A stretch of 64,000 bases of DNA from Mesorhizobium carmichaelinearum (GCA_943370265.1 CALRQH020000025.1:1038-65037), one strand, 5' to 3'; positions 36,369 through 47,194 are shown, counted from the stretch's first letter. Translations and numbers: made by a program. Notes: generated by a model from the letters alone, not told the origin.

Positions 36369-37427
36369 ATGGCCTTTCTTGAAATCAATCACCTCGAAAA
36401 ATCCTTCGGCGCGGTCCATGTGGTGAAGGACTTCAACCTCGTCATAGAAAAGGGAGAATTCGTTTCCTTTCTCGGCCCGTCGGGCTGTGGCAAGACCACC
36501 GTGCTGCGCATGGTGGCGGGCTTCGAAACGCCGAGCACGGGGTCGATACGCATAGGTGACCAGGACGTGACCAGCCTGCGCCCGAACCAGCGCAATATCG
36601 GTATGGTGTTCCAGGCCTATGCGCTGTTCCCCAATCTAACCGTTGCGCAGAATGTCGGCTTCGGCCTTCGCGTGGCCGGTAAGGGCAAGGCAGAGATCGA
36701 GGCGCGCGTGGCGGACATGCTGCGCCTGATTGGCCTGCCGGGCCTCGGCGAGCGCTATCCCTTCCAGCTTTCCGGCGGCCAGCAGCAGCGCGTGGCGCTG
36801 GCGCGCGCGCTCGCGGTGCGGCCGCGGGTGTTGCTGCTGGACGAACCGCTTTCGGCACTCGACGCCAAGATCCGTGTGAGCTTGCGCGAGGAAATCCGTT
36901 TCATCCAGCGTGAGCTTGGAATAACGACGATCTTCGTGACGCACGACCAAGAGGAAGCGCTGTCGATGTCCGACCGCGTCGTCGTCATGCATCAGGGCGT
37001 CGCCGATCAGGTCGGCACCCCGTTCGAGATCTACAATCGTCCGGCAACGCGCTTCGTGGCCGAATTCGTCGGCACGCTGAACCTGATCGACGCCTCCGTG
37101 GTCGATGCCTCGGCAGGCAGGATTAGGGTCGGCAACGTTCCTGTCGCGCTCAACCGAGCATTGTCTGCAGGCGCCAACGACAAGATCAGTCTTGCACTCC
37201 GACCGGAGACGATAGCGCTCGGCCGGCAGGAAGGACGCAATGTCGTCCTCTCCGGGCGCATCGCCGAAGTGCATTTCCTCGGCTCGGTGATCCGTATCCG
37301 GGTGAATGTGGGCGACCACGTCGTTTCGCTCGATACGTTCAACCGACCCGATGCGCCTCCGCCGGCGGTGGGCTCGACCGTCGAGATCAGCGTGTCGGAA
37401 CAAGACCTGCTGGTCCTGGCCGCATAG
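36369..37427 (+). CDS. ABC transporter ATP-binding protein (PotA/FbpC-like with C-terminal TOBE-type domain)
   Basis: GPSGCGKTT, LSGGQQQRVALARAL and LLLDEPLSALD, followed by a C-terminal regulatory domain of about 110 aa. Confidence 0.9.
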   Translation: MAFLEINHLEKSFGAVHVVKDFNLVIEKGEFVSFLGPSGCGKTTVLRMVAGFETPSTGSIRIGDQDVTSLRPNQRNIGMVFQAYALFPNLTVAQNVGFGLRVAGKGKAEIEARVADMLRLIGLPGLGERYPFQLSGGQQQRVALARALAVRPRVLLLDEPLSALDAKIRVSLREEIRFIQRELGITTIFVTHDQEEALSMSDRVVVMHQGVADQVGTPFEIYNRPATRFVAEFVGTLNLIDASVVDASAGRIRVGNVPVALNRALSAGANDKISLALRPETIALGRQEGRNVVLSGRIAEVHFLGSVIRIRVNVGDHVVSLDTFNRPDAPPPAVGSTVEISVSEQDLLVLAA

Positions 37428-37555
37428 GACGATCCGGAATGCACGGCGGCAGCCGTGAAGTCGACGCCGTTCGACGTCCGGCATCAGCGCCGGCCGAACA
37501 TCACATTTGCAAGGCAGGCAGCACCCCAACCGGGTGCTCAGCGGAAGCTGCCGGA

Positions 37556-38344
37556 TCATCGCTTCCGGAGTTGATCAAGCGCGGCGCGATGGAGTTCTTC
37601 GTTCGCTGCCATCAGCACGGTTTCATAGTGCGGTGCATCGGCGAGTGGCTGTCCATCCCAGTCGGTAACGACACCTCCCGCGCCAAGCACAATCGGCATC
37701 TGGGGCAGGATGTCGTAGTCGAAAACATTGCTCTCCAGAAGCAGGTCGACCCCGCCAAGCGCCAGCAGGCCCGCCGCGTAGCAGTCATGTGACATTCTGG
37801 TGAAACGAGCGCTGGAGGCGAGCGCCGAAAACCGATCCAGGTTGTCCCGATCGAACTGTTCCAGCGCCGACGTGTAGACGATGGCCTCACCGATCCTGGT
37901 GGTCGAACTTGTGTGGATAGGCTCTCCATTGAGCAATGTCGGCAATCCGATACGGCCCAGCCACCGCTCCGCAGTGATCGGCTGGTCGATGATGCCGAGC
38001 ACCGGCACCCCCTGATGCAGCAATGCGATCTGTGTGCCAAATGCCAGCGAGCCGGAAATGAAGGATTTCGTGCCGTCAATCGGATCGAGAACCCAGACCC
38101 ACTCGGCATCCGGCTGATGTGTCCCAAACTCCTCTCCGCGAATCCCATGGCTCGGAAAGGCCGTCTCGATCATGCGCCGCATCGCCGCCTCCGCCTCGCG
38201 ATCGGCGACCGTCACGGGGCTTGAATCCGCCTTGGAATCGATCGCCAGCCGCCTGCGGAAATGCGGCCGAATGATACCGCGCACGGCATCCGCCATCGCG
38301 TTCGCCAGCTCAAGACAGTCTTTAGGACAATTCTGTACAGACAT
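37556..38344 (-). CDS. Inositol monophosphatase-family phosphatase (IMPase/HisN-like)
   Basis: VTVADREAE, WVLDPIDGTKSFISG and AAGGVVTDWDG are the classic IMPase motifs. Confidence 0.85.
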   Translation of the reverse strand: MSVQNCPKDCLELANAMADAVRGIIRPHFRRRLAIDSKADSSPVTVADREAEAAMRRMIETAFPSHGIRGEEFGTHQPDAEWVWVLDPIDGTKSFISGSLAFGTQIALLHQGVPVLGIIDQPITAERWLGRIGLPTLLNGEPIHTSSTTRIGEAIVYTSALEQFDRDNLDRFSALASSARFTRMSHDCYAAGLLALGGVDLLLESNVFDYDILPQMPIVLGAGGVVTDWDGQPLADAPHYETVLMAANEELHRAALDQLRKR

Positions 38345-39374
38345 TCGCTATGCTCCAGTGGCGGGCTTCCGTGGCGATTTCGCAAAGCATCGCCCTGACG
38401 TTGTCGACTTGTGCGTGTGCGGCGGCCGCCTCCCGCTTCAGCCGCTCGTCGAGATTCGATGAGCTTACCTCGGTGAAGCTGGGCGTGCGGGCGGCGATGA
38501 ATGGATCCGGTCCCTGCGCCGGCCAGCGCAAGGCCGGAGCGAAATAACCCTCTTCTTCCTCCAGCCCGAAGGCCAGGACTTGCGGCTTGTCCTCGCCGAG
38601 CAGGAGCAACTCGATCAGCATTGCTTGCATCGGCAGGTGCCCTTGACCCGACAGGCAAGCCAGATGCGCCCAGCCACCACGATCAGACTGTATGAGACAA
38701 TCCTTCACATGGACTTCGGTGATGAATGGCGCCTGCTGCGCCAGTGAAGCCAACGGCAATTCGTGAGCGTTGACCATGTTGGCGAAATCGAAAAGAAGGC
38801 TGAGCCGCGAGTTACCTACTTCATTGACAATGCGAACCAACTCGTCCGATTTCAGATCTTCGTGTTGTTCGAGCGTAAACCGCAGTCGGCCTTCCGGATC
38901 GAATTGCCGAAGTCGCCGCAGATCATCGATTGTGCGGGATATGATTTCGGAGACGCGTCCCTCGTAAAGCGGATAGCAACGAAGCGAGGTCGCACCGACG
39001 GCGTGGGCTCGTGCTACAGCATCGGACAGCTCACCGGCGGCTGTCGTGCTGGTTTCGACATGGATTTCGAGGCCCAGTTGCGCCACCTGCTCGCCAAAGG
39101 CGCGCAGGTCACCCGGAGACATGGCGTTCAGGCAGGCGCCCTCGCCATCGGAAACATGAAGCTTAATGCCCGCGAGTTGCTGCGCATGAGCGAACTTCGC
39201 CAGCTCGAGCGGCGTCATGCCTCCGAAGCGGAGATTGAGATGGAAAGCGTAAGCGTGGGCGAACAAGGGCGCAGCTTCCGCGCGGTGGGCAAGGCGCAAG
39301 CAAGCGCCGGCCGACAGCCCTCTTATCTGTTCGCGCCAATCGCATTGCTGGCTTGCCCAAGGCGCTTCCATCAC
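38322..39374 (-). CDS. Xylose-isomerase-like TIM-barrel protein (sugar phosphate isomerase/epimerase family)
   Basis: LELAKFAHAQQLAGIKLHV, LRFTLEQHEDL, LLFDFANMV and ITEVHVKD follow the AP_endonuc_2/IolE-MocC-like pattern. The start is uncertain. There is a 23-nt overlap with the IMPase start as annotated. Confidence 0.7.
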   Translation of the reverse strand: MMEAPWASQQCDWREQIRGLSAGACLRLAHRAEAAPLFAHAYAFHLNLRFGGMTPLELAKFAHAQQLAGIKLHVSDGEGACLNAMSPGDLRAFGEQVAQLGLEIHVETSTTAAGELSDAVARAHAVGATSLRCYPLYEGRVSEIISRTIDDLRRLRQFDPEGRLRFTLEQHEDLKSDELVRIVNEVGNSRLSLLFDFANMVNAHELPLASLAQQAPFITEVHVKDCLIQSDRGGWAHLACLSGQGHLPMQAMLIELLLLGEDKPQVLAFGLEEEEGYFAPALRWPAQGPDPFIAARTPSFTEVSSSNLDERLKREAAAAHAQVDNVRAMLCEIATEARHWSIANVCTELS

Positions 39375-39962
39375 GACGCCTTTGCTCCCGGCCTAACCCG
39401 TGCTGTGGCGATCACCGGCAGCCATCTCTCACCGACCTTCAGCGGGGGCCGACGAAACAGAGAACGGCGGAACCAACACCCGCTGCGGTGGGTCTTCCTG
39501 GCTAAGATCATGGAAACGAATCCGGCTTGAAAAGTCGCGTCCATTTTGCCAAGAAAATGGAATGCTTCGGATGGCCACTTACTGCGTTTTCGCCATACCA
39601 ATTGCTTTGTCGGCGTTCGATTGGCGGCGCTGGATCGAATCCGAAAAGCGCCCACCCAAATGCCGGCGAGGCCGACGCAAATGCTCGATAAAGTTATCGA
39701 TCCCGGTGGTCAATTTGGTTCGGGAGATTGCTCTTGAGCAGACGTGCGCGAAAAAGCATCTTCAGCGGTCGCACGAAGATAAGCCACAAAGAGGACTCAT
39801 TCGACGGCGGAATGTTTCGCTTTTCAGGACCGTCGTCATTCTGCTTCGCGGCAACCACATAGCCGATGCCTCGGGCAATCATGCTTGCTCTCCTGGGGAT
39901 AGAAACCATGCAGAGTTTGAGGGGCTGTGGGAGCGACGGCCGAACACTCCCGCCGCGTGGCG

Positions 39963-41648
39963 CTAAAGTTGGACCTTGCGGACCGGCTCGCTACTGCGCT
40001 GGGTAACGCCGACGCCCGGCGCGACCCCTACAGCGGCGTTCGAAGCGGCAAGGAGCGGTTTACCTCGAACGATGTCGGAGGCTCGTTCGGCAAGCATTAT
40101 GGTCGGCGCGTTCAGGTTCGCGTTGGGTTCGGACGGGAAAACCGAACTGTCGATGACTCGCAGCCCTTCGACCCCCCTCACCTTCAAGTTACTGTCGACC
40201 ACCGCCATCGCATCCTCGCCCATCCGGCACGAGCCGCACGGGTGATAGGTGCTTTCCATCGTTTCGCGCACCCAGGCATCGATTTCGTCATCCTTCCTGA
40301 CATGGGCGCCCGGCGCCATCTCCTCGCCGCGGAAGCGGTCGAAGGCCGGCTGCGCGATGATCTCGCGCGTCAGCCTGAGGCAGCGTCGGAACCCTTCCCG
40401 GTCTTCTTCGCGATCCAGGTAGTTGAACAGGATATCGGGCTGCTCGAAGGGGTCGGCGGAACGCAGCCGGACGTAGCCACGGCTCTTGGGCTTGTTCGGG
40501 CCGGTGAGCACCATGAAGCCATGACCTTTGAGGGGCTTCTTACCGTCGTAACGCATCGCCGCCGGCAGGAAATGGAACTGGATGTCGGGCCATTCGAGCG
40601 ACGCATCGGAACGAATGAAGCCGCCGCTCTCGAAATGGTTGGAGACCGAAAGCCCGCGCTTGAACAACAGCCATTCCGCCCCGATCAGCGCCTTGCTCAG
40701 CAGGCTCATCTTGCCGTTCAGGGTGATCGGCTCCTTGCAGGCATACTGGATATACACCTCGGAATGGTCCTGAAGATTTTCGCCAACGCCCGCAAGGTCG
40801 TGCAGAACCTCGACGCCGGCATTCTGCAGGACCGCCGCCGGCCCGATGCCGGACCGCTGCAGCAGATGCGGCGAGCCGATCGGCCCAGACGCAATCAGCA
40901 CTTCGCGGTCCGCCCGCACGATATGCCGGACACCGCCCTGCTCGTATTCCACGCCGACCGCGCGCTTATCATCCATCAGCACGCGCCGCGTCATCGCATG
41001 GGTGATCACGGTCAGGTTCGGCCGGTTCATGGCCGGTTTGAGATAGGCATTCGCGGTCGACCAGCGCACGCCGTCCTTGACGGTCATCTGCATCGGGCCG
41101 AAGCCTTCCTGCATGTACCCGTTCGGGTCTTCTGTGGTGATGTAGCCCGCCTCGTGCCCCGCGTCGATGAAGGCGCGATAAAGCGGGTTCCTCATCTTGT
41201 TGCCGGCATTGGTGGCGAGCGGCCCAGTGTCTCCGCGATAGGTGTCCCCACCATCCTGCCAGCTCTCGGCACGCTGGAAATAGGGCAGGCAGTTGGCATA
41301 GCCCCAGCCTCGAGCGCCACGCTCCGCCCATTCGTCGAAGTCGCGGGCATGGCCGCGCATGTAGACCAGGCCGTTGATCGAGGACGAGCCGCCAAGCACC
41401 TTCCCTCGCGGACAGTGGACACGCCTGCCATCCAGGCCTGGTTCCGGCAGGGTCATGTATTTCCAATTGTATTTCGTCCCATTCATCGGGATCGACAGCG
41501 CCGTCGGCATCTGGATGAAGATCGACTTGTCGCTGCCGCCGAATTCCAGAACCAATATTCTGTTCGAGGGGTCCTCGGACAGGCGGTTCGCCAGCACGCA
41601 GCCGGCAGAGCCGGCACCGATGATGATGTAGTCGAATGTTGCGTCCAT
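39963..41648 (-). CDS. GMC-family FAD oxidoreductase (choline dehydrogenase-like)
   Basis: The start at [38 protein letters not shown] is the GMC N-terminal FAD motif. The C-terminal HPCGSCRMG active-site region is present. The tracked ORF start (41750) lies inside the upstream gene. Confidence 0.9.
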   Translation of the reverse strand: MDATFDYIIIGAGSAGCVLANRLSEDPSNRILVLEFGGSDKSIFIQMPTALSIPMNGTKYNWKYMTLPEPGLDGRRVHCPRGKVLGGSSSINGLVYMRGHARDFDEWAERGARGWGYANCLPYFQRAESWQDGGDTYRGDTGPLATNAGNKMRNPLYRAFIDAGHEAGYITTEDPNGYMQEGFGPMQMTVKDGVRWSTANAYLKPAMNRPNLTVITHAMTRRVLMDDKRAVGVEYEQGGVRHIVRADREVLIASGPIGSPHLLQRSGIGPAAVLQNAGVEVLHDLAGVGENLQDHSEVYIQYACKEPITLNGKMSLLSKALIGAEWLLFKRGLSVSNHFESGGFIRSDASLEWPDIQFHFLPAAMRYDGKKPLKGHGFMVLTGPNKPKSRGYVRLRSADPFEQPDILFNYLDREEDREGFRRCLRLTREIIAQPAFDRFRGEEMAPGAHVRKDDEIDAWVRETMESTYHPCGSCRMGEDAMAVVDSNLKVRGVEGLRVIDSSVFPSEPNANLNAPTIMLAERASDIVRGKPLLAASNAAVGVAPGVGVTQRSSEPVRKVQL

Positions 41649-41746
41649 GGCGGTATCCCGAGTGCAGTTTCGGCTTTGGGGGATGTCAGGATCGGCGCGG
41701 GGTCCGAAGGCCCAGTTGATGGAGCGAGGCGGCTCAGCCCTTCGGA

Positions 41747-42538
41747 TCAACCGGTACCGGCGGTAGCGAGTGCCTTGTGGACTTCGTGATGCAGGTTCTT
41801 CTGGATCCGTCGCTTGAGATCGATGAAGTCGGGCGTCGTGACCAATTCGTACTGACGCGGCCGGGGTAAATCGACCTGGACTGTATCGATGATGCGGCCA
41901 GGTCTGGCCGACATCACGTAGACGACATCGCCAAGAAAAATCGCCTCGTCGATGTCGTGCGTCACGAACAGGACGGTCTTCTGGTGCCGTTCCCAGATAT
42001 CGATCAACAATTCCTGCATGACCGCTCTGGTCTGGCTATCCAACGCCCCGAACGGCTCATCCATTAGCAGCACCTCCGGATCATTCGCCAACGCGCGAGC
42101 GATCGCGACCCGCTGCTTCATGCCGCCCGAGAGATGGCTGGGAAAGGCATTCTCGAAACCCTTCAAGCCGACCGCATGCACGAAATGGCGCGCCCGTTCG
42201 ACGCGCTCCCGCACCGGGACATTTCGTAACGCAAGGCCAAACTCGACATTCTTCTGAACCGACAGCCAAGGAAACAGGGAATAGTTCTGGAAGACCATTC
42301 CCCGCTCCCGGCCCGGACCAGACACCGTCTTTCCATTGACCTTGCATTCGCCGCTCGATGCCTCTTTCAATCCCGCCACGAGATCAAGCAGACTTGACTT
42401 GCCGCAACCCGATGGTCCGACGATGACGGCGAACTGTTTATCCGGGATACGCATATGCAGATTGCTGAGAGCCACGACTTCGCCAGCACCCCGCGTTCCG
42501 AACCACAGACCTACGTTTTCAATGTCGAGAGCACCCAT
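41747..42538 (-). CDS. ABC transporter ATP-binding protein (NitT/TauT family)
   Basis: [24 protein letters not shown] and [11 protein letters not shown]. The 263 aa single-domain layout is typical of nitrate/sulfonate/taurine-type importers. Confidence 0.9.
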   Translation of the reverse strand: MGALDIENVGLWFGTRGAGEVVALSNLHMRIPDKQFAVIVGPSGCGKSSLLDLVAGLKEASSGECKVNGKTVSGPGRERGMVFQNYSLFPWLSVQKNVEFGLALRNVPVRERVERARHFVHAVGLKGFENAFPSHLSGGMKQRVAIARALANDPEVLLMDEPFGALDSQTRAVMQELLIDIWERHQKTVLFVTHDIDEAIFLGDVVYVMSARPGRIIDTVQVDLPRPRQYELVTTPDFIDLKRRIQKNLHHEVHKALATAGTG

Positions 42539-42550
42539 AGCCCGGTCTCC

Positions 42551-43375
42551 TCAGCGCTGCTCTGCCCAAGGCAGGCATACAATCTTGATCCATTTGAAAA
42601 TCTGGTCGGTCACCAACCCAAGGAAGCCGATGACCAAGATACCGACAAAGATGTAGTCGGCGTGCAGGCCGCGCATCGCCTGCATGCTCATGTAGCCAAG
42701 GCCGGAACTTGAAGCGACCAGCTCCGCGATCACCAGATAGGTCCAGGCCCAACCCATGGTAACGCGCAGCGTGTCCATGACGCCGGGCATGGTTGCTGGC
42801 AGCAACATTCTGGTGATGACCTGCCACTTGGTCGCGCCCAAGGTGTAGGAGGCGTTGAACAGCTCGGCCGGCACCCGAGCGGAAACATCGGAAATCATGA
42901 CGATCTGCTGGAAGAACGTGCCGATGAAAATGACGGCAACTTTTTCCTGGAACCCGATGCCAATCCAAAGGATCAGCAGCGGGATCATTGACGTCACCGG
43001 CAGATAACGCATGAAGTTTACGATTGGCTCAAGCGCCGCAGACACCACGCGGAAGCTGCCCATCAGTATGCCTAGCGGAACCGCCACGATTGAGGACAAG
43101 AAGAAGCCGACGTTAATCACGAGCAGGCTGGCCCAAGTGTTCCTGAGCAAGGACCCATCCATCAGCGAGTGCCAAAACGCCGTTACCACACGATGTGGCG
43201 CTGGCATGAACAGCGGATCCGTCAGCCCTCCATAGGTCGCGATACACCAGGCAAACAAGATGCCGCTGCTCACCATCGCACCGGTACCCAATCTGATGCC
43301 GCGCGAAATAGGCCGGCGCGGGGTTAGGATTCGGTTTACAAATATTGCCGCGCCAGCCATGAGATTATCCTCCAA
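42551..43375 (-). CDS. ABC transporter permease (NitT/TauT family)
   Basis: Six-TM permease with loop NASYTLGATKWQVITRMLLPATMPGV. An alternative start MAGAAIF at 43360 would remove the overlap with the SBP gene. Confidence 0.85.
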   Translation of the reverse strand: MEDNLMAGAAIFVNRILTPRRPISRGIRLGTGAMVSSGILFAWCIATYGGLTDPLFMPAPHRVVTAFWHSLMDGSLLRNTWASLLVINVGFFLSSIVAVPLGILMGSFRVVSAALEPIVNFMRYLPVTSMIPLLILWIGIGFQEKVAVIFIGTFFQQIVMISDVSARVPAELFNASYTLGATKWQVITRMLLPATMPGVMDTLRVTMGWAWTYLVIAELVASSSGLGYMSMQAMRGLHADYIFVGILVIGFLGLVTDQIFKWIKIVCLPWAEQR

Positions 43376-44336
43376 AAAACCCGTAATCGATCAGATCTTC
43401 CGGCTTCATCTGGGCCTGAATCCGTCCTTTTGCCGACCAAATATCGAGCGCGTAGCCGAGTGTCTTGGAGAGTTGTCCGGGTGCGTTGGGGGATCCAAAA
43501 AACGTCTGGTTTGAGCTCTTGTCGAGATATTCAATCCCGGCCAATGTCTGCTTGAAGACTGCCGGATCCGCGAGCCAGCCACCGACACCGTGAGCCATGA
43601 TTTGGTCTGCCTCATCCGGATTGGTCTTGATGAATTCGAGCGCCCGATACCAGGCGCGGACAAAAGCTTTGAGTTCAGCCTGGTGCTTGATTGCCGTTTC
43701 TGGTGTCACCGCGATTACGTCTGCGATCAGCCCAGGCTTGTCGGCACTCGACAGCAACAGATGGCCGTTCTCCGAGTTGGCGCCTTGACTGAGAGCGGGT
43801 TCCCACGTCACCGCGGCGTCAACCTGCCCTGCCACAAATGCGACGCCAGAATCGGTCGCCGTCATGTTGACGACCTCGACGTCGCTTTCCGACATACCAG
43901 TTTGCTTCAGGACCGCGTTGAAGAAAAACTGCGAAACCGAGCCCGTTTCGAAGGCAACCTTCTTGCCTTTGAGATCGGTCACTGACTTGATGTCTTTGTG
44001 GGCAACAATGCCGTCTCCCCCTTTGGAGTTATCGACCGCCAAGATGTAGCGCAGCAACTTTCCAGGCGGCATGTAAATTGGAAACTCATCTACCGTCGAG
44101 GCGACAAGATCGACCTGGCCGGCCTGCAGGGCACCCATCTTGGAGGGGGTATCTTCCATGATGGTAAGTTCGATATCGACACCTTCTTCCTTGAAGAAGC
44201 CCTTGTCGCGCGCGATGTAGAATGGTCCGTAGCCAACCCAAGTGGAGTGCGCGAGCTTGAGCGCCTCCGCCTCGGCTGGCCAAGCCATACCTAGTGCCAG
44301 TCCGACGGCCGCAAGACCAAGTAACCTGTTCAGCAT
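43365..44336 (-). CDS. NMT1/TauA-like periplasmic substrate-binding protein
   Basis: The start at MLNRLLGLAAVGLALGMAWPAEA is a signal peptide. LKLAHSTWVGYGPFYIARDKGFFKEEGVDIEL is typical for the family. Confidence 0.8.
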   Translation of the reverse strand: MLNRLLGLAAVGLALGMAWPAEAEALKLAHSTWVGYGPFYIARDKGFFKEEGVDIELTIMEDTPSKMGALQAGQVDLVASTVDEFPIYMPPGKLLRYILAVDNSKGGDGIVAHKDIKSVTDLKGKKVAFETGSVSQFFFNAVLKQTGMSESDVEVVNMTATDSGVAFVAGQVDAAVTWEPALSQGANSENGHLLLSSADKPGLIADVIAVTPETAIKHQAELKAFVRAWYRALEFIKTNPDEADQIMAHGVGGWLADPAVFKQTLAGIEYLDKSSNQTFFGSPNAPGQLSKTLGYALDIWSAKGRIQAQMKPEDLIDYGFFGG

Positions 44337-44498
44337 GTCATCCTCCCGTTGCAGAGCCTTCTTGTTAAAACATCGCGTCGGAGCCCCATTTAGGGCATGA
44401 CGCTTCCTCCGTTGGTTCCGTGACCTAGTCGCCGCCCTAACCAGCCGAACAGACCGCCTTCGCTTGAAGATGATGTCCAAGCGGCGGGCAAATGCCGG

Positions 44499-46007
44499 CT
44501 AGGGAAGCGTGATCCAAACAGCCTTCGTCTCCAGGAGATGATCCAGTTGTTCAGGTCCTAGATCGCGGCCGAAGCCGGATTGTTTGTAGCCGCCGAACGG
44601 CATGCTCGGATCGATGGTGCTGTGCGCGTTGACATAGACCGACCCCGCCCGCAATTGCGGGACGAGGTTGTGAACGCGTGCCAGGTCGTTCGAATAGAGC
44701 GCAGCGGCGAGGCCGTAATCCGTGTCGTTGGCCAGTTGGACGGCTTCTTCGAGATCGTCGAATGGCGCGGTTACAAGAACCGGACCGAAAATCTCTTCTC
44801 GCACGATCCTCATGTCGCTTCGGCATTTGGTGAAGATCGTCGGCTCAATGAAATAGCCCGCTCCGGAGGGCCGCCCGCCGCCATAGGCGATCTCCGCGCC
44901 CTCGGCCTTGCCAGTCTCGATGTAGCCGGCGACGCTGTTCCTCTGACGCGCGGAAACCAGCGGGCTGATGAAACAGTCGGGGTCGAGACCCGGCGCGATT
45001 TTCAGCTCGCTTGTGACCTTGATAAGTTCCTTCATGAAAGCGTCGTGGACGCCACGCTGGACATAGACGCGCGTGCCGCCGTCGCAGACCTGCCCGGAAT
45101 TGAAGAAGACGCCGTTGGCGACACCCTTGGCGGCAGCTTCCAGATCGGCGTCGTCGAGCACGAGAACCGGCGACTTGCCGCCCAGTTCAAGCGTGAGGCG
45201 CCGCATGCCGGCGAGCGCCGCCGCACCGACTGCGCGGCCGCTTTCGGTGGAGCCGGTGAAGGTCACCTTGTCGATCCCGGGATGGCTGGTGATGGGGGCG
45301 CCGACCGTGCGGCCGGCTCCGGTGACGACGTTGACTACGCCATTGGGAATCCCTGCGTCCTGCACAAGCTCGGCAAAGCGCAGGGTGGACAGCGAAGTAA
45401 GCTCCGCCGGCTTGACCACGACGGTGCAGCCTACCGCAAGGGCCGCACCCAATTTCCAGGCCAGGGTCTGCAAGGGGAAGTTCCACGGAACGATGACGCC
45501 CACAACGCCAACGGGCTCCTTGCGTGTAAACGCTACATAATTGCCGGGAATGGACGGCTGTGCCGTGCGACCATGAATTTTTGAGGCCCACCCCGCGAAA
45601 TAGCGGAAAGTATCGATGGTGCCGGCGATATCGACATCGCGTGCCTGAATAACGGACTTGCCGACATCGATCGACTCGATCTCAGCAAGCTCCGACGCAT
45701 GCTCTTCGAGCAAATCGGCCAGCTTGAACAACAACCTTTCGCGCTCGAGCGGCTTCATCTTACGCCATGGCCCGCTATCGAACGCAGCGCGGGCCGCTGC
45801 CACGGCGCGATCCACGTCAGCGCTCGCGCCCGCCTGGATGCTTGTAATCATCCCCTCGGTGGAAGGCTCGATCACGTCGAGCGTCGCGCCGGAAGCGGTT
45901 TCACTCCACGCGCCATCGATAAAGATCTTGTGCGGCTTGGCTAGAAAGCGAAGCGCCGCCTCGGAAACATTGTACCGATCAAGATACGCCGCGACGGTAT
46001 CATCCAT
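44499..46007 (-). CDS. NAD(P)-dependent aldehyde dehydrogenase
   Basis: VPWNFPL, FTGSTESG, ELGGKSP and FFNSGQVCDGGTRV (catalytic Cys region), plus EEIFGPV. Confidence 0.9.
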   Translation of the reverse strand: MDDTVAAYLDRYNVSEAALRFLAKPHKIFIDGAWSETASGATLDVIEPSTEGMITSIQAGASADVDRAVAAARAAFDSGPWRKMKPLERERLLFKLADLLEEHASELAEIESIDVGKSVIQARDVDIAGTIDTFRYFAGWASKIHGRTAQPSIPGNYVAFTRKEPVGVVGVIVPWNFPLQTLAWKLGAALAVGCTVVVKPAELTSLSTLRFAELVQDAGIPNGVVNVVTGAGRTVGAPITSHPGIDKVTFTGSTESGRAVGAAALAGMRRLTLELGGKSPVLVLDDADLEAAAKGVANGVFFNSGQVCDGGTRVYVQRGVHDAFMKELIKVTSELKIAPGLDPDCFISPLVSARQRNSVAGYIETGKAEGAEIAYGGGRPSGAGYFIEPTIFTKCRSDMRIVREEIFGPVLVTAPFDDLEEAVQLANDTDYGLAAALYSNDLARVHNLVPQLRAGSVYVNAHSTIDPSMPFGGYKQSGFGRDLGPEQLDHLLETKAVWITLP

Positions 46008-46121
46008 GTTGTGACTCCCTCAACGTATTCTTTAATCTTCAGCGAGGTGGCATGATCCAGCGAAGGCTGCCGCAGACAGAACCGCCCTTTCAGCGAAGCC
46101 GCCGCAAAGGCGAGTCACGGA

Positions 46122-47105
46122 TCAGGCCTTGCTTTCGCGGGCGTGCATGATGCGTCCGATCAGGTTCATCAGCACCTGCGCGGCCAGAATGGTCGTCGTG
46201 CCAGAATGATCGTAGTCGGGCGCTACTTCGACGAGATCGACACCGACGATGTCACCGCGCTTTGCCAAGCCCGCCAACATCTCCAGCACTTCGTAGTAGA
46301 TAAAGCCACCATGACTCGGCGTTCCGGTGCCAGGCGCAATCGACGGATCGAAACCGTCGATATCGATCGTCACATAGTAGCGTGCGCCCGCAGGAATCCG
46401 CTCCAGCACCGCTTCGGTGCCAAGCTTGCGGATCTGGCGCACCGACAGGATATCCGACCCCATCCCCCGCGCGTCCTCGTAGCCATCGCGCGCCGTAGAC
46501 GAGACGTTGCGGATACCCAATTGCGTGAGGCCGCTGACAAAGCTCTTCTCGGCGGCTCGGCGCATCGGGCTTCCATGTCCGAAGCGGACGCCGTGACGCA
46601 CGTCGACGAAATCGAGATGCGCATCGAACTGCACGATATGGATCGGACCGTTGGCCGCACAATCTTCGTCGAAGGCGCTGACACAAGGAATGTTGATCGA
46701 ATGGTCGCCTCCCACAACCACCGGAAGCGCCCCGGCCGCAAGAATCTTGCGCACACCGAACTCGATGTTCGCATGGCTCTGCTCTGTGTCGGTATGGATG
46801 ATATCCGCATCACCCAGATCGACAATGCGGACTTTTTCGGCTGGCAGGTAAGTGACATCATCCTCGTGGTCGTAGGCTCCCCCATGACCAAACGAAAACA
46901 GGGTCGAGGCCTCGCGGATACCGCGCGGGCCAAACCGCGCGCCGGCGCGCCACTGGGTCCCCATATCGAACGGAGCGCCAAGGATGGCAACGTCAGCTTC
47001 GATCTGGTCCCAGTCAGGCTGATAAGGGCTCTTTCCAAAGGTGCTTATGCCAACAAAGGGCAGATTCAGCCGCCCACGATCATAAGCGTTCTCGGTCACA
47101 ACCAC
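46122..47105 (-). CDS. Ureohydrolase (agmatinase/guanidinobutyrase-guanidinopropionase family)
   Basis: Mn-binding motifs VVGGDHSINIP, VQFDAHLDF and VTIDIDGFDPSIAPGTGTPSHGG. GTG start. A GTG two codons downstream (47099) has better SD spacing. Confidence 0.9.
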   Translation of the reverse strand: MVVTENAYDRGRLNLPFVGISTFGKSPYQPDWDQIEADVAILGAPFDMGTQWRAGARFGPRGIREASTLFSFGHGGAYDHEDDVTYLPAEKVRIVDLGDADIIHTDTEQSHANIEFGVRKILAAGALPVVVGGDHSINIPCVSAFDEDCAANGPIHIVQFDAHLDFVDVRHGVRFGHGSPMRRAAEKSFVSGLTQLGIRNVSSTARDGYEDARGMGSDILSVRQIRKLGTEAVLERIPAGARYYVTIDIDGFDPSIAPGTGTPSHGGFIYYEVLEMLAGLAKRGDIVGVDLVEVAPDYDHSGTTTILAAQVLMNLIGRIMHARESKA

Positions 47106-47150
47106 CTCCCTGCTGTTAGCCCAGGAAACAGACCAGAGACCTATCGATTA

Positions 47151-47192
47151 GAAAACTGCTATCTTTTTATGTTTACATGTGAAAACTGTTAT
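47151..47192. promoter_or_regulatory. Two direct copies of GAAAACTG(C/T)TAT spaced 30 bp in the LysR/ureohydrolase divergent region
   Basis: gaaaactgctat (47151-47162) and gaaaactgttat (47181-47192). The second copy ends 2 nt before the LysR ATG. Confidence 0.3.
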
Positions 47193-47194
47193 GT

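Noticed and set aside
39375-39962. ORFs 39400-39966 (188 aa, plus), 39371-39655 and 39694-39909 (minus) in the gap between the TIM-barrel and GMC genes.
   Set aside because: They have no motifs, poor start contexts and mutually overlapping frames. The interval is lower-GC and is more likely non-coding or decayed DNA.
39927-41789. 620-aa plus-strand ORF opposite the GMC oxidoreductase.
   Set aside because: The minus frame has the GMC FAD fingerprint ([12 protein letters not shown]) and active-site region. The plus frame has no motif and runs across a gene boundary.
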